Both the position numbers and the translations under genes were made by a program. The notes beneath the pieces were generated by a model. That model was given only the letters and a program-made list of their open reading frames with translations. It ran no database searches and was not told where the DNA came from. Shown in pieces: positions 1 through 12,176 of a stretch of 64,000 nt of DNA. Where the stretch lies: contig JBPGPT010000005.1 of NCBI GenBank assembly GCA_051047955.1, forward strand, positions 62,001-126,000. Reading direction: 5' to 3'. The DNA is from Cystobasidiomycetes sp. EMM_F5. Its lineage: Eukaryota. Position 1 is the stretch's first letter. Every line of letters begins with the position of its first letter.

Positions 1-1705
1 CCATACCCAGTCAATGGCACAATAGATGAACCATTACCGCCAAGCGACAAGTCCAAAGGGAAGGAACCCAGTAAAAAGCGGATGCGCAATTCGTCATGTG
101 CAGACGAGTGGAACAGCACTCCTCGCTATGAAGGCAGATCGTTTCACCATGGTCGCTTTGTTGGCGCTCTGAGACGACGCTTGGAAGGTCAAGAAAGACT
201 CGATGTCCTGGAAGCTACGGTCAACGATCTAGTAGAATGCGAAACGATGGGCGGGCGGGTCATAGGAGTCAAAGTCACGCCGAAATCGGGTGATGGCAAG
301 CAAGTTGAGATTCTCGCTCCTCTCACCATCGTCGCCGATGGACACGCCAGTAAATGTAGGCTGAGTGCCTACACCATGCACTACACGTTTGAATGAAGCT
401 GATGGCTATTTTCACCGTTATAGTCCGAAAAATCGTCAATACGCACGTTGCACCTCCTATAACACGATCATACTTTGTCGGTATCGAAATGGAGGATTGT
501 GTCATGCCAAATCCGAATCATGGACATGTCATCTTGCCGGATTCTGCAGATCCAGCATCAGCTGAAGCGTCAAGTATCGGTCCTGTGCTTGTCTATGGCT
601 TGTGTCCCAAGGTCACACGGATGCTTGTGGACGTCAACACTTCAAAAGCACCTTCTCGAGCCTATCTTTTGAAACACATTATACCTCGACTGCCTGAATG
701 TATGAAGCCGTCTTTCGCCGCGGCACTGGCGGACGATAATCCTCAGAAGGTCAAGATCATGCCAAATTCTTGGCTTCCGCCTTCTATGCAAGGACAACGC
801 ACGGCAATGGAGGGCGTCTTTCTAGCTGGAGATGCGCTCAACATGAGACACCCCTTGACCGGTGGCGGCATGAGCGTAGCGCTCAATGACACTGTCATAC
901 TCACACGGTTGTTCGGAGGGGGGTTGCCGCTCGTTCCTGTCTCTCCTTCTATTTTCACAAACGGTCATGCCAATGGCCACGCAGATGGGAACGCGAATGG
1001 GAACGCCAAAGGCAATGCGAATGGCCTTGAGAATGGGCATTACGATACCAATCCACCAAAGCTCTCGGATGCTGAAGTTCTTAAGCGAGACATTGATGCG
1101 ACATCCGCCGTTGGCGAAGTCAGACGGACGCACAGCCAGCTTTGCGATCTTTCAGACTGGATGGAAATTACATCGAGGCTGGAAGAATGGCATTGGGAGC
1201 GTAAAGGTGTAGCGACATGCGTCAATGTCCTTGCAATGGCTCTGTACTCTCTCTTTGGCGCAGACGATGACAATCTCAACGTACTGCGGAGGGGTTGTAT
1301 CCGGTATATCGGATCAGGCGGAGAGAGGACCAATGGACCGGTCAGCATGCTCGCAGCGTAAGTGCAAGGGTCATTCGGTAGGCTGTCCGTATGACGTGAC
1401 TGAGGCCTCTCTTGCAGACTTCGACCATCGCCGCCTCTGCTGGTTTATCATTTCTTTGCAGTTGCACTGTTTTCTATTCGTCTGTTGTTTACAGCACCTC
1501 GCCCGCCAGCAAGTGGCAATGGCAAAGCCCTGCCGCCAAGTCTGTTTCAGTACCCAGCATTGTTTGTGCAGAGCATCTTTGTGGTAAGCTTGACCGCCTT
1601 TTTCGTGCTTCTGTTGAGCATCCTGACATTGATTCTGCTCGGAAACAGTTCCTCACTGCTTGCAGAGTGATTCTCCCTGTACTGTGGAGCGAGGTCGATT
1701 TCTGA
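1..1705 (+). CDS. ERG1: Squalene epoxidase (squalene monooxygenase), 5' end outside the window, spliced
   Basis: Motifs YEGRSFHHGRFV, APLTIVADGHAS, MPNSWLPP, GDALNMRHPLTGGGMSVALND and VNVLAMALYSLF. Introns at about 356-423, 1358-1417 and 1584-1648 join the frames to ...VILPVLWSEVDF* at 1705. Confidence 0.95.
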
Positions 1706-2006
1706 TACAACATCTGCGTATTTATTCGCATGCATTCTTCACCCGTTCGACTCCGCATGTCTCATCTCGTTACTCTCGTTATACCCTCGCAAGTACTGTT
1801 CTCGATCCCGCTTTATTAGTCATTTTCAGCATTTCTCATCATGTACAAGTACTTCGACGACTTTCACATCGCAAATGCATGAGACTGCCAGCCCGCAAAA
1901 TCATGTTTTGCCATATCGATGCCATTGTGTTGGGATAATATTTCGGTTTTTCGGAATGCTAGCTAATTCTGCTACACACTTGGTTTTGGCGAGACATTAT
2001 GCCTTT

Positions 2007-2572
2007 TCATCTCTTCGCTGTGTGGTTATAGGTGGCTTCGCCGGTCTGTTCTGGCTGTTTTGTCCTTCCATCGGTGTTTACGACCGGGATGTCCAAGTCA
2101 TGCGACTGTAAAGGCATGCGCTTCGTGTCTCCCCCTGGCCCTGCTGCAGAGCTGTCTAGAGCCTCGCCTTCGGGGTTGTTGGGTACGACTTTGTCGCTTT
2201 CTTTTGATTCGGCCTGTCGTTGCGCGAGTTAGGCGCACCTCGTGACGTTTACGAGAGCTTCGAGGAAGCCTTACCTTGGTATTTGCAAGGGTGAAGTCGT
2301 TTGACAGAGTGCCGGCAATCTCCTGACTTGGACCATCAGGACGCTTCTGTCCTCCTCCGGTTGCAGGATTGGATGCACCCGCTGCAGACTGTAAGAGGTG
2401 GAGATTGTGCGACTCTGTAAGTCAATGGAACGGCTCTGGGGCAAATAGGGATATTGCATACCGTCACATTGCCTGCCTCGCTAGTCTGGTAGCCAGTTGC
2501 ACCGACGTTGTTGGACTTCTCGACCTTGCCGACGGTGTGTCCCAAATTGCTGCTCGTGTTACTGCTCGTCAT
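2007..2572 (-). CDS. Small hydrophilic Gly/Ser/Thr/Asn-rich hypothetical protein (about 140 aa, 3 exons; hydrophilin-like composition)
   Basis: ATG at 2572 (MTSSNTSSNLGHTVGKVEKS...). Two introns (GTATGC...CTTACAG and GTAAGG...CTAAC...ACAG, the latter at about 2275-2216) give an open spliced frame ending ...GEATYNHTAKR* at 2007. No recognisable domain. Confidence 0.55.
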
Positions 2573-3342
2573 GATGGAAATTTTGGATTGTTTGGTGATT
2601 TATTCTTGACTGAATTATCAAGAGCTGAAATCTCTTCCTGAGTCCTCAATGTCATCTGTAGGTCAGGCAGCTGTCCTGCCCAAGATCCGCACACATTTCC
2701 TATGACGCAGGGTGCGCGATGGCGGTCGATGGCGATCTTTGCGGTGCCGAAAAGTACGCGACTACTATTCCTCGACGCGCACAATAGGGATGCTCGCGAG
2801 GTATCTCTTGTGCGGCGGTCTCTGCTAGAGTGGGCAGCATTCGAGACAGAGGTAAAGGTAGAATGTCGAGCATTTGATGTCACATTGCAGCTACTGGCCG
2901 AAACTCTCATCAAATGCAATTGCAACCAGCCGTACACTCGTCGACGGCGGCTGAAGGTTAGTTTGGCCAGTTCGCGCGAGTGTCGTTGAGCATTAGACAG
3001 GGCATATCGAGTAAAGGGTTCTCTTTTTCTCCTAATTGACTTCAGTAAGCTTTTGTGTCGCGCTCCGCCGCAGTTGTCCGGCACCAATACTTCTTTTAGG
3101 GGCGCACATTCCAGCCGTGATCAACGCCAGAATACTGTACTGAAGCACACCCAGCAGCACCAACCTAATCCGTCAAGCTACCGACGTACCGCTCGCTGTC
3201 GGCGTGATCTGCTGCTGAACCGGAAGTTCAAAGGCCGCCGCTCTGGATCTGCCTGGAGGGCCTGGGCACCGGCTCGAAGAAGCAAGCATTCGCACATTGC
3301 GACAGCCAGTACGGCGTTGCGGCTGAGCAAGGGAATGCCAAC

Positions 3343-4735
3343 ATGACGCGCTCACCTCGCTCCTCGCTCATGAGGCATCGCCGTGCCCAGCAAGACTCGG
3401 ACGCGTTTGCCTGGGATATGCAAACAGGAGCAACATGGGCGTCATGCACGAATGTACAGCTATCTTGGACTGGCGGAGCAGCGCCGTGAGTTGTGATGGA
3501 CCCCTCTCTCGTCCGCCTCACAGTGCGCGCTCATCGCGGTCGTCGTCTTTCATAGATTTACCCTGACAACCACTGTTGAAGCCAATCATACAACCTCGCA
3601 CACTTCGGTCTTTGATGGGATACGAGACCAAGGCATAGTTTGGCTTGGTAAGTCTAGTCAACGGTACAATCTACAGCGACATTCTAACCAAAAGCCGTGC
3701 TTCGCAGTGGCGGCAGAAGCCAACACGATTGTTGTATTGCACCTTCAAGACTCAAAAGGGCGAAACATCGACACCTCTGATACGCCTGCGCACATTTATA
3801 CCCCATCAGGTCAGGGTTCATCTGCCGCCGACTACAAGTGGTGCTTGAACTGGTCGCAAAATGCGGTCTCACCGACATCAAGCACTGCCCTCGGCTCATA
3901 CAGTAGCGTCAGTAACACTACTACATCTTTGTCTACAACTACCTTGTCGAAATTCAGCGACACCAGCAGTACAAATGCCGCTCAGTACGCGTTCAACGAC
4001 TCTGGCCATGCTACCGCTGCAGCATCAGCCCTTGCAGGCATTTTCTTTGTCGTTGTAATGATTCTGGCAACCATGCTCTATCGCCTCAAGAAGCAGTATG
4101 CCGCTCTAGAGACGCAAATGTCCGAGAGGTATCGCGTTGAAGCCAACCTTGAGAAACTTGGTACATCTTTGGCGACTGCCTCCCGGAATAATCTTCTCAG
4201 CGCTTCCGAAGCAGAATACATTCTGCAGATGTCTTCGCCTGCTTCGTCATCGGCATCTCCAATAGACGCGCCACTGCAGCGACTGCCCTTTTTGAGACCG
4301 CGGCGGGACCTCTCGAGCCTTCGACCGCTTTCCCTTGGCAGCAACGGGAGTCATGACCCATTTGCGGACGGTCACTCTGACAATGGGTCACACGCGTCTG
4401 GTTCAACACGTCTATCAGATCGACATCGCTTCTCAACGATGTCTGCACTTGCGGATATAGCAGACGAGCATATGGAAAGGAATGAGACCAAAGAGAGCGT
4501 CAAACAAAATATCAGCGATGAGGCTCTGACGCCACGACCTGGCAATGTATTTGGCAGGCTCTCGCGTGACTCTTTTGGTGCGCATTCATTGTATTCTGAG
4601 GCGCCTTCCGACACTTCTGGCGTATCAAACACACTGTCACATGGCGCGAGGTCTACTGGCGGTGTTTCAGCGGTCAGCAATGAATACTACCATCGCACGC
4701 AGACGAGGACGATCAAGCCGGTAGTGACTTTGTAG
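3343..4735 (+). CDS. Single-pass membrane protein, paralog A (Cys/Trp-containing N-domain with LSWTGGAAPF, Ser/Thr stalk, one TM, cytoplasmic tail)
   Basis: Spliced model M...CTNVQLSWTGGAAP|FTLTTT...GIVWL|VAAEANTIVVLHLQDS... then ORF 3707-4735 with TM ALAGIFFVVVMILATMLY and tail ending SNEYYHRTQTRTIKPVVTL. Start codon uncertain. Confidence 0.7.
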
Positions 4736-5116
4736 CATCGGCAGGACTCTATAACGCATACCGTTAAAAGGATTGGGATAGATCTTATGGGAACGTCAAG
4801 AGACCATTGTATACACTGTAGCGATGTTTGTCGATAGCATAGCGGATTGCGGGGAATGCAATGAAGAGTGATGATCAGGGCGTGACTTTCGTTTCGCTCG
4901 ACGCATCTTGCTCTGAGGACCACAGAAAGCTGGCAAGTGTAGCAGAAGCACGAAGCCTCGAGCTCTTGACAACTTTTACTTCGTTCGGCAAACGTCATCA
5001 TGCAAGTATGGCTCCGCTGACGGTTACAACGACATGGTCAACCGTTGTCGAGACGCGGCAGACACGGCCAAGATGCTCACGGGAAACGCGGCCTGCCTAA
5101 CGCATGATTGTGACTG

Positions 5117-6799
5117 ATGATTACTGACATGGCAGTGCGACATACGCAGCATCGTGCACGTCAGGCGACTCTGGCGACATCCGAGTATGCTGTATCGCCC
5201 GTGCGGCATGCAACGAGCATTGCAACCCCAAGCGTAGCGACAACCAGCGTCGAGTCTCGTACACCTCCTAGGTGGACCAAGTCTTTCAATGCTACATGGC
5301 CATACTGCACAGTGCAGTCTCTCGAATGGACAGGTGGTACCGCACCGTAAGTTTGTTGGCTAGTTGCAACGAGGATGTGCGGACCTCGGACTGATGCGAT
5401 AACTCCTTCTCGAAAGATGTATGCTCTACGTGAATGCGGCGTATGCGGGCGGAGTGTCCCAAGGATTGATCAGATCATTTCAAGATCACCAAATTTGGAA
5501 CCCCGAAAATCGATAAAGGCAGCCCGTGTAGGCGGTCCCGTGCCAAGCCTCGTATGTACATGTGGCATACACATAGTACTTATCTTCTGTTATATGCTTG
5601 TGACTCGGTCTCATCGTCGGCAGAATTTGCGTTCCCATTTGGTCTTTTTTTGTTGTTTTTTTTTCAGATATCATGGTCTCATACTCTCGATAGACAAAAA
5701 CAGATCTGTGGGAAGCTGCCAGCGAGAACGAAGCAATGGCTGAGTCTTGTCTTGATTTTCTTCTCACGGAAGCCAGCAGGTGGATACACTGCCCGCTGGC
5801 TGGTTGACAATCAGATGTTTAAATGGATGGGTGCGTATACCTCGATAATCAGCTTCAGCGCATACTCCGCTTAACCCCTGTGTCACAGTCTCCGAGAACG
5901 CCGGTACAATACTTTCTTTTGGACTGTCGGACTCGTCTTCGCAATATATCGACAGCGTTGATAGCTATGTCACCATCACAGCCGCAAATTCGACAAGTTT
6001 GGCGTGGTGTCCAGGCCAGCAGCCAGTATTCGCAGAGAACTCTGCGTCGGCACTTGGTACCTCTTCGTACACTTCTACCTGGAGTTCTGCATACCTCACA
6101 GTGTCAACCAGTACCGTTTCTCGGTCAACGAACTCCGTTCCTCCGCCTGTAATCAGTACATCGAGTTCCTCCTCAGTTGAAACCTCTTCTCCATTGGTAG
6201 CACCTCTCAAGAATGAATCTCAAAGACCGATGATATGGCTCTCGATCCTCGCGGCTTTGCTATTCCTGGCATGCTTCATCCTGTCGATACTATACCTCCG
6301 CCTAAGGCGGCAATTCCTGCATCTAAAAGCATCCCACTTACATCCGTACAAACGAAGTGACTGGCTTGAGAAGGACGACAAGGTATACAAAAAGCCCCTC
6401 ATCAGCACATTGGAGGCACGCCTTGCCGTTTCCTCGCCGAATTCATCTGCGGCGGACAACCCCATATCTGAACCTCAAGCTGTTCTGCGACTCAGTCCCA
6501 GCAGGCGCAGCTCAATGTTCTCTTCAGACCTAGGCCCATGCTCGAGATCACCTATAGCGGACGAAACACTCGATCCATTTGCGGAGACAGAGTCTGCTAA
6601 GCGTACTTCCCGGGAAAGTACAGACAACAGACGATCTCTCGGCAGCCACCCCGTCTATTCGGAGGCTCTAACCGAAGTATCTGGCGTATCTGCCGCAGTC
6701 TCCAGCGGAGCTCAGTCCGAAACCGCAGCTTCTGCAACAAGCAACGAATACTACCACCGGACGCCCACGAGGACCATTGGGAAAACATTGCTGCGATAG
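5117..6799 (+). CDS. Single-pass membrane protein, paralog B (tandem duplicate of the 3343-4735 gene)
   Basis: ORF 5117-5350 has CTVQSLEWTGGTAP followed by GTAAGT. The exon ...FKWM|VSENAGTILSFGLSDS matches paralog A at the same intron position. TM IWLSILAALLFLACFILSILY; tail SNEYYHRTPTRTIGKTLLR. Middle exons (5350-5780) unresolved. Confidence 0.65.
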
Positions 6800-7128
6800 T
6801 GAATCGCGCCTCTTCAAGCTGCACAGACTTGCGCATAATTTTGAGTTAGTATATGATTTGCGTGAGGCCGACAGGATTGTCCAGGCCATTCGTCTGTACC
6901 TATCTATTCAATGAATCTAGCTGTGACTGCTGCCTTTGCGGGAATACGTTATGCTTGCATGGTGCCTGTATTTGGCCCGGCCGGCAGTCACCCTGCTTTC
7001 GTTTGCGGGTGTCATACTCCCTTTATGCTGGTTGTCACTGTATCTTTTGACGCCATGCTGAATTGTTGACCAACATGCATACGCAGACATTTCTGCACCA
7101 ATCCTGCTGATTGAACAGCAGCATCATT

Positions 7129-8476
7129 ATGCCGCGAGCTGATTCCGGGCATGGCTCGGTCGCAGCCGACCAGCGAGTCCCACCGAGAGGAACGTCAAAT
7201 GCAGAAGGAACGAGCAGCAGAAACAGCGCAAATGCTAGCAATAGCAATGCGGCAGCTCATGCGACTGCGAATGATCCAGCCATGTCGGTCATCCTCTGTA
7301 CCGGCGGATACGATAATACAATCCGGTTCTGGGAAGCTTGGTCTGGCATATGCTCGAGGACAATCCAGCATCCCGAGTCTGTAGGTCGCGACAGGCTTCT
7401 CTGTACTTTGCTTGCTGAGCATCTACTTATCTAACACGTAACTATAGCAAGTCAATCGTTTGGCAATCAGTCCCGACAAACGCTTCATTGCAGCTGCCGG
7501 CAATCAGATGATCAAGCTCTATGACATGCATCAACAGCCTCAACCCGGAGGTAACGTCGCGCCAGTGAGCTTGCTACTTGACGCACTCTTCCGCAATATC
7601 CGCTCTAAAACTATTTTATCATTGCAGTACGCATCACTCGAAGGGCACGGCGGAAACGTGACCGCTTTAGCATGGCAGAATGACGGTAGATGGCTCGTGT
7701 CTGCTTCCGAAGATGGAACTCTCAAAATATGGGACGTTCGCGCCTCTCATGCCCCGCAACGGAATTTCGACCACAAGTCTCCAGTTAATGATTGCGTTAT
7801 ACACCCAAATCAAGGCGAATTGGTGTCGTGTGACCAAGCTGGAGCCATCAAGATTTGGGATCTCGGGGGTCGTAGCTGTACGCATGAGCTGGTAGGTCGA
7901 CCCCCACGTTAGATTTCAACACGCACGTTTACTAAATTGGCAAACATGGTCAGATGCCAGAAGACGATGTGCCCATGCGGAGTGTTACTGTCGGCTCAGA
8001 TACCAAGACGCTTGTCGCTGGCAACAACAAGGTATGTGCTGAGCCATCTTGAAGCGTATTGTGCAAGTACTGACTTGTGTTCGCAACGGTTTTAGGGTTT
8101 CGTTTATGTCTGGTCCATGCAGCATGGACGAGAAATTACCGACCTCCAACCTCGAACAAAGTTTCAAGCGCATCAGAAATACCTCTTGCGGGCACTTTTG
8201 TCTCCTAATATGAAACTATTAGCGACCAGCTCGGCAGACAGAACGATAAAGCTGTGGAACGTTGACCCGAACGGATATACGCCCAACAAGACTCTAACAG
8301 GACATCAGAGATGGGTGTGGGATATGGCCTTCTCTGCCGATTCCGCTTACCTTGTGTCTGCGAGCTCGGACCATTACGCCCGCCTTTGGGAGCTGCAGAA
8401 TGGGCAGACGGTCAAGCAGTATGCAGGACATTCTAAGCCCTGCTGTTGTGTAGCTCTCAATGATTCACCGTCATAA
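7129..8476 (+). CDS. LST8: TOR complex subunit LST8 (WD40 repeat)
   Basis: [46 protein letters not shown]..., [42 protein letters not shown]. The start may be 7282 (MSVIL) rather than 7129. Confidence 0.96.
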
Positions 8477-8719
8477 TGACCAACAGAAGACAATGTTGTT
8501 GTATTCGTAAGGATTCCATCTTGATCCCCAACGCTCAATATAGGCCACCTATTGCCTTTATGCTCCCGTGTGAAACTTACGTGGAAGGTACAGTCGAACT
8601 TCTCCGTGCAGACAATTCAAACGTAATCCGACAGATGTGTAAGTGTTTCGCTTCGAGACGACACAATCTGCTCAACAACGCACTGCTTGTAACCTTATAT
8701 AAGTACTGCTTGAGAATGC

Positions 8720-11567
8720 CTATAGCTTCCATTCTCGCTTCGGAGCTGCAGAACTAGCCTTCTCTGCGTACAGACGATCGATAACATCCTTGTAATGCTT
8801 TCCGGCCGGTTGACGCTTGATCTTCATTGTTGGGGTGACAAGATCCTCTGGGAACGGTTGTGGTGACAAATGAATCGCCTTGATCTGCTCGAAACTGCAA
8901 TGGTGCACAGCACATCAGTCGCTGAACGAGGGCCGCGGAGGCAGGTCAAGGGCGCACCCTTGCAATTTTCCTTGATGATACTTGTGTAATTCCTTGAGCA
9001 CTGCCTGATTGACTTCAGGTTCTTGCATTAATTTCGCAAGTCCAGCCAGATCGCCGTCTTGGACGGATCTCCCGATTCTTCGCATAAAGGCTAAATACGG
9101 GTCTCGGGTCAGCATATTCCTCTCAGCTGTCACACTCAACGAGTACCTTACCTGTAAATGCAACAGGCTCCGGCACTACAATGGCTACAAGGTGATCACG
9201 TAAGCTGTCGCCATGTACCAGGATTTGAAGGATGATTGGCGACAGAGCATAAGTGTTTTCGACCTGCAATCCCACCTGAATTCAGCTGGCGTCTATCTTT
9301 CCCATACCGTATCACCTTGAATCTACCTTTTCAAGCGCGACATACTCGCCCTGGCTCAGCTTCAATAGATTCTTCTTTCGGTCAATGATGCGCAGTCTGC
9401 CCTTGGCATCAAAGTAGCCGATGTCGCCGCTGTGCAGCCATCCGTCTGCATCTAGCGTCTCCTTTGTATTCTTCTCGTCCTTGTAGTATCCAGGGAACAC
9501 ATTCTCGCCGCGCACAAGAATCTCTCCACGTGGATAAGGTTTGTCGGTGTGCTGTGCATACGCGTCAGCCAGGCTTGAACCACCGTTCAACAGCCACGAC
9601 TCACGAGATAATTCATGTCGGGAACATCAAGCAGCTTGATCTCGTTGCATGGGAGAGGTGGGCCGACATAGCCGTATGCAGCTATGTCATATTCAAATTA
9701 ATGCTGTTGGTGTGTCGAGTTGGCAGGACACTCACTGAAATCGTGTGCGATACATCGCACAGCTGTACCCATTGCTTCCGTCTGGCCATAACCTTCTACA
9801 ATGATCGCATTCCGACCGAGAGCAACTGTAAAGAATTTGAGCACCTCAGGAGCGATAGGCGCACTACCACTCGACAAGAATCGTAGACGGCCACCAAACG
9901 CTTGCCTGATCTTGCGGAAGACAAGCATGTCGTAGATGTTGAGCGCTGAGGGCAGAGATGGTGTCTCTGATTCTAACTGAGCAATTGCGCTCTCGAAAGC
10001 ACGCCTCGATAATGAGCCTTTTAAGCCTGGTGCATCTAGCGTTCCAGCCTGGTGAGATGAAAGTTAGCGGTCAGTCCTCCTCAACGTCAATAGAAAGTTG
10101 CCCGTCCACTCACCTTGATGACCTGATAAAATCGGTTCAAGACACGAGGAACAGCGACCATGGTCTACAGCGCAAGCGCTGTCAGTCAAAGTCTTCTTTG
10201 AGGCACTGTGAGGACCCACATGCGGCTTCAAGACCTGTATATCCTCAATGAGGCGGAGCATATCGCCAGAGAAGTAGCCGAGGCCGACACCAACGAGCAT
10301 ACACATGATTTCGACAAATTGCTGGTATATGTGCGAGAGGGGTAAGTAAGAGATATGTAGATCTCCTGCTTCCGTCTCGGCATTTCCATAAGCCTGTCCG
10401 ATTGCGGATGCAACAATGTTGCGCTGCAGAATCATTGCTCCTTTGGGCTGAGGAACAGGACAATGTTAGTGAAATGGATGATTGGCCTGCCTGGATCGAC
10501 AAAGGCATACCATGCCTGTAGTACCGGAAGTGTACATGATGGCGTACAGGTCGTCTGGTCCAGCAGGCTTGTATGGCTGCGGGTTGGCTCTGCCAATAGT
10601 CTCCACTGTGTATCGCAGAGTCTCAGCCAAGCATACCGAGTTCAGACCACAATCAAACTCACACTCTGCCAAATCAATGACCTTGATGCCTTTCGAAGCG
10701 CCCCACTCTTGAAGTGCCGCCTTCTTCCCAAGTCCGCCGTAGGGTCGTCCACCGTTCTTTAAATCCATGTCCTCAAAGCTTAAATGGAGAGAGGGTCAGT
10801 TTGGCACAGAAGGAGCATGGGATGCACGCCATGCACTTACTTGTCGACAGACACTACCAACTTTACGCCTGGACATTTCTCTGACAGTTTGAGGATTGCC
10901 GGGATGTGTGATGGAGAAGCAAAGACGACCTGTTGTTGACGAGTCAATCGGAGCCTGAGTCATGAGCAATTCAACTGCCTACCTTTGCACCAGCGTGATT
11001 GATGCAGTACTCTACCACGCCTGGACCAAGGGTGTCGTACAGAGACAGCTGTACGAGGGAGAAGCATGATGCGGCCAGGTTGACAAATTGCCATTCAGGG
11101 CGATTTGGCATCCAGCTGCGGAAAGATGCATTAGAGAGCGTGTTTGCGGGAACGAGTGAGTAAGGATGTATTTACTTTGCTACGGTCCATCCGGTAACGT
11201 CACCCTGGGTATCGATGACTCCGGTTGCCGCTAGGTGAAGCAGAGCTGACCCGATGTTGCGAATGTGCTCTTCAGCCTGTGCAAAGGTATACCAGGAGTA
11301 TTCCTTTGCCAGATCCATTGTAGACTTGTCTACAGCTCTCCATCCAAACGCATTCGCATTCGGGCGGAGTCGCATGGATCGCATGAGGACATCGTAGACC
11401 GTCTTTGGGTAGTCTGGATGGGTGGACGTGGTTACGAGCTCTGGGAAGCCTGTAGACCTGAATGCGCCCGTTGATTCGTGGGTCGCTGTGCCCGGCACCT
11501 CTCGTGCCTGCACCGAGTCGCCGTCGACGGGGATGGGGACTGGGAAGATTGGATCTGACCGGACCAT
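8720..11567 (-). CDS. Long-chain fatty acyl-CoA synthetase (ACSL/FAA2-like), multi-exon
   Basis: AMP-binding motifs [76 protein letters not shown] and [10 protein letters not shown]. Ends ...REWKL*. Confidence 0.93.
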
Positions 11568-12176
11568 GGCTTGAGTGTCAGTTGCAGAGTGCGAGTATCC
11601 TGTGCTATGACTTGCTTCAGTATCGTCAAGCGTCAAGAAGTCTCCAAGTTGGCAAAGTGAATCCAAGAAATCACGGCACGGCTACGTCGGCTGTGGTCAA
11701 CCGGGGATCTGAAGAATAAGAATGCAGTCAACGAGGCAATGGACAATTACTCTGGAGATTATGTACTCGCAAGTCCTTCTGGAGCTGTCGTTCTCTAGGA
11801 ATGGCTGTGTTGACTGTGGAATAGATGCGTCAATTGGAGAATATGCAGGCATGGTCTGCAGCAAGCGCCTAGCGAAGCACATGAATTCCGTTCGACGACC
11901 TCAGCGGTTATAACTGCAGAATGAACTGAAGCTTCAGATGAGAGATGAGAAATGCAGGCTCCCTAGCTTGCAATGTCGTCGCAATTGATGACGCTTCGAG
12001 CACGATCATCAAGTATTCAAGTTGATTTGCGTTGTCTTTGTGCGCCTTTGTAACCTCGCAACCCTCTGTACATTTCCACATTACTGGCGATCTTGACTAC
12101 TGTCACGCTGTTCAGAAGCGTGCACGCCGTTTGGCGTCAGCTGTGCAAGTCATCGAGCAGCACCGTCAGCAACAGC

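Noticed and set aside
8720..11567. Acyl-CoA synthetase (C-terminus WKL) as the island's missing CoA ligase
   Set aside because: It lies about 19 kb outside the repeat among housekeeping genes, looks like an ordinary long-chain enzyme, and WKL is not a canonical PTS1.
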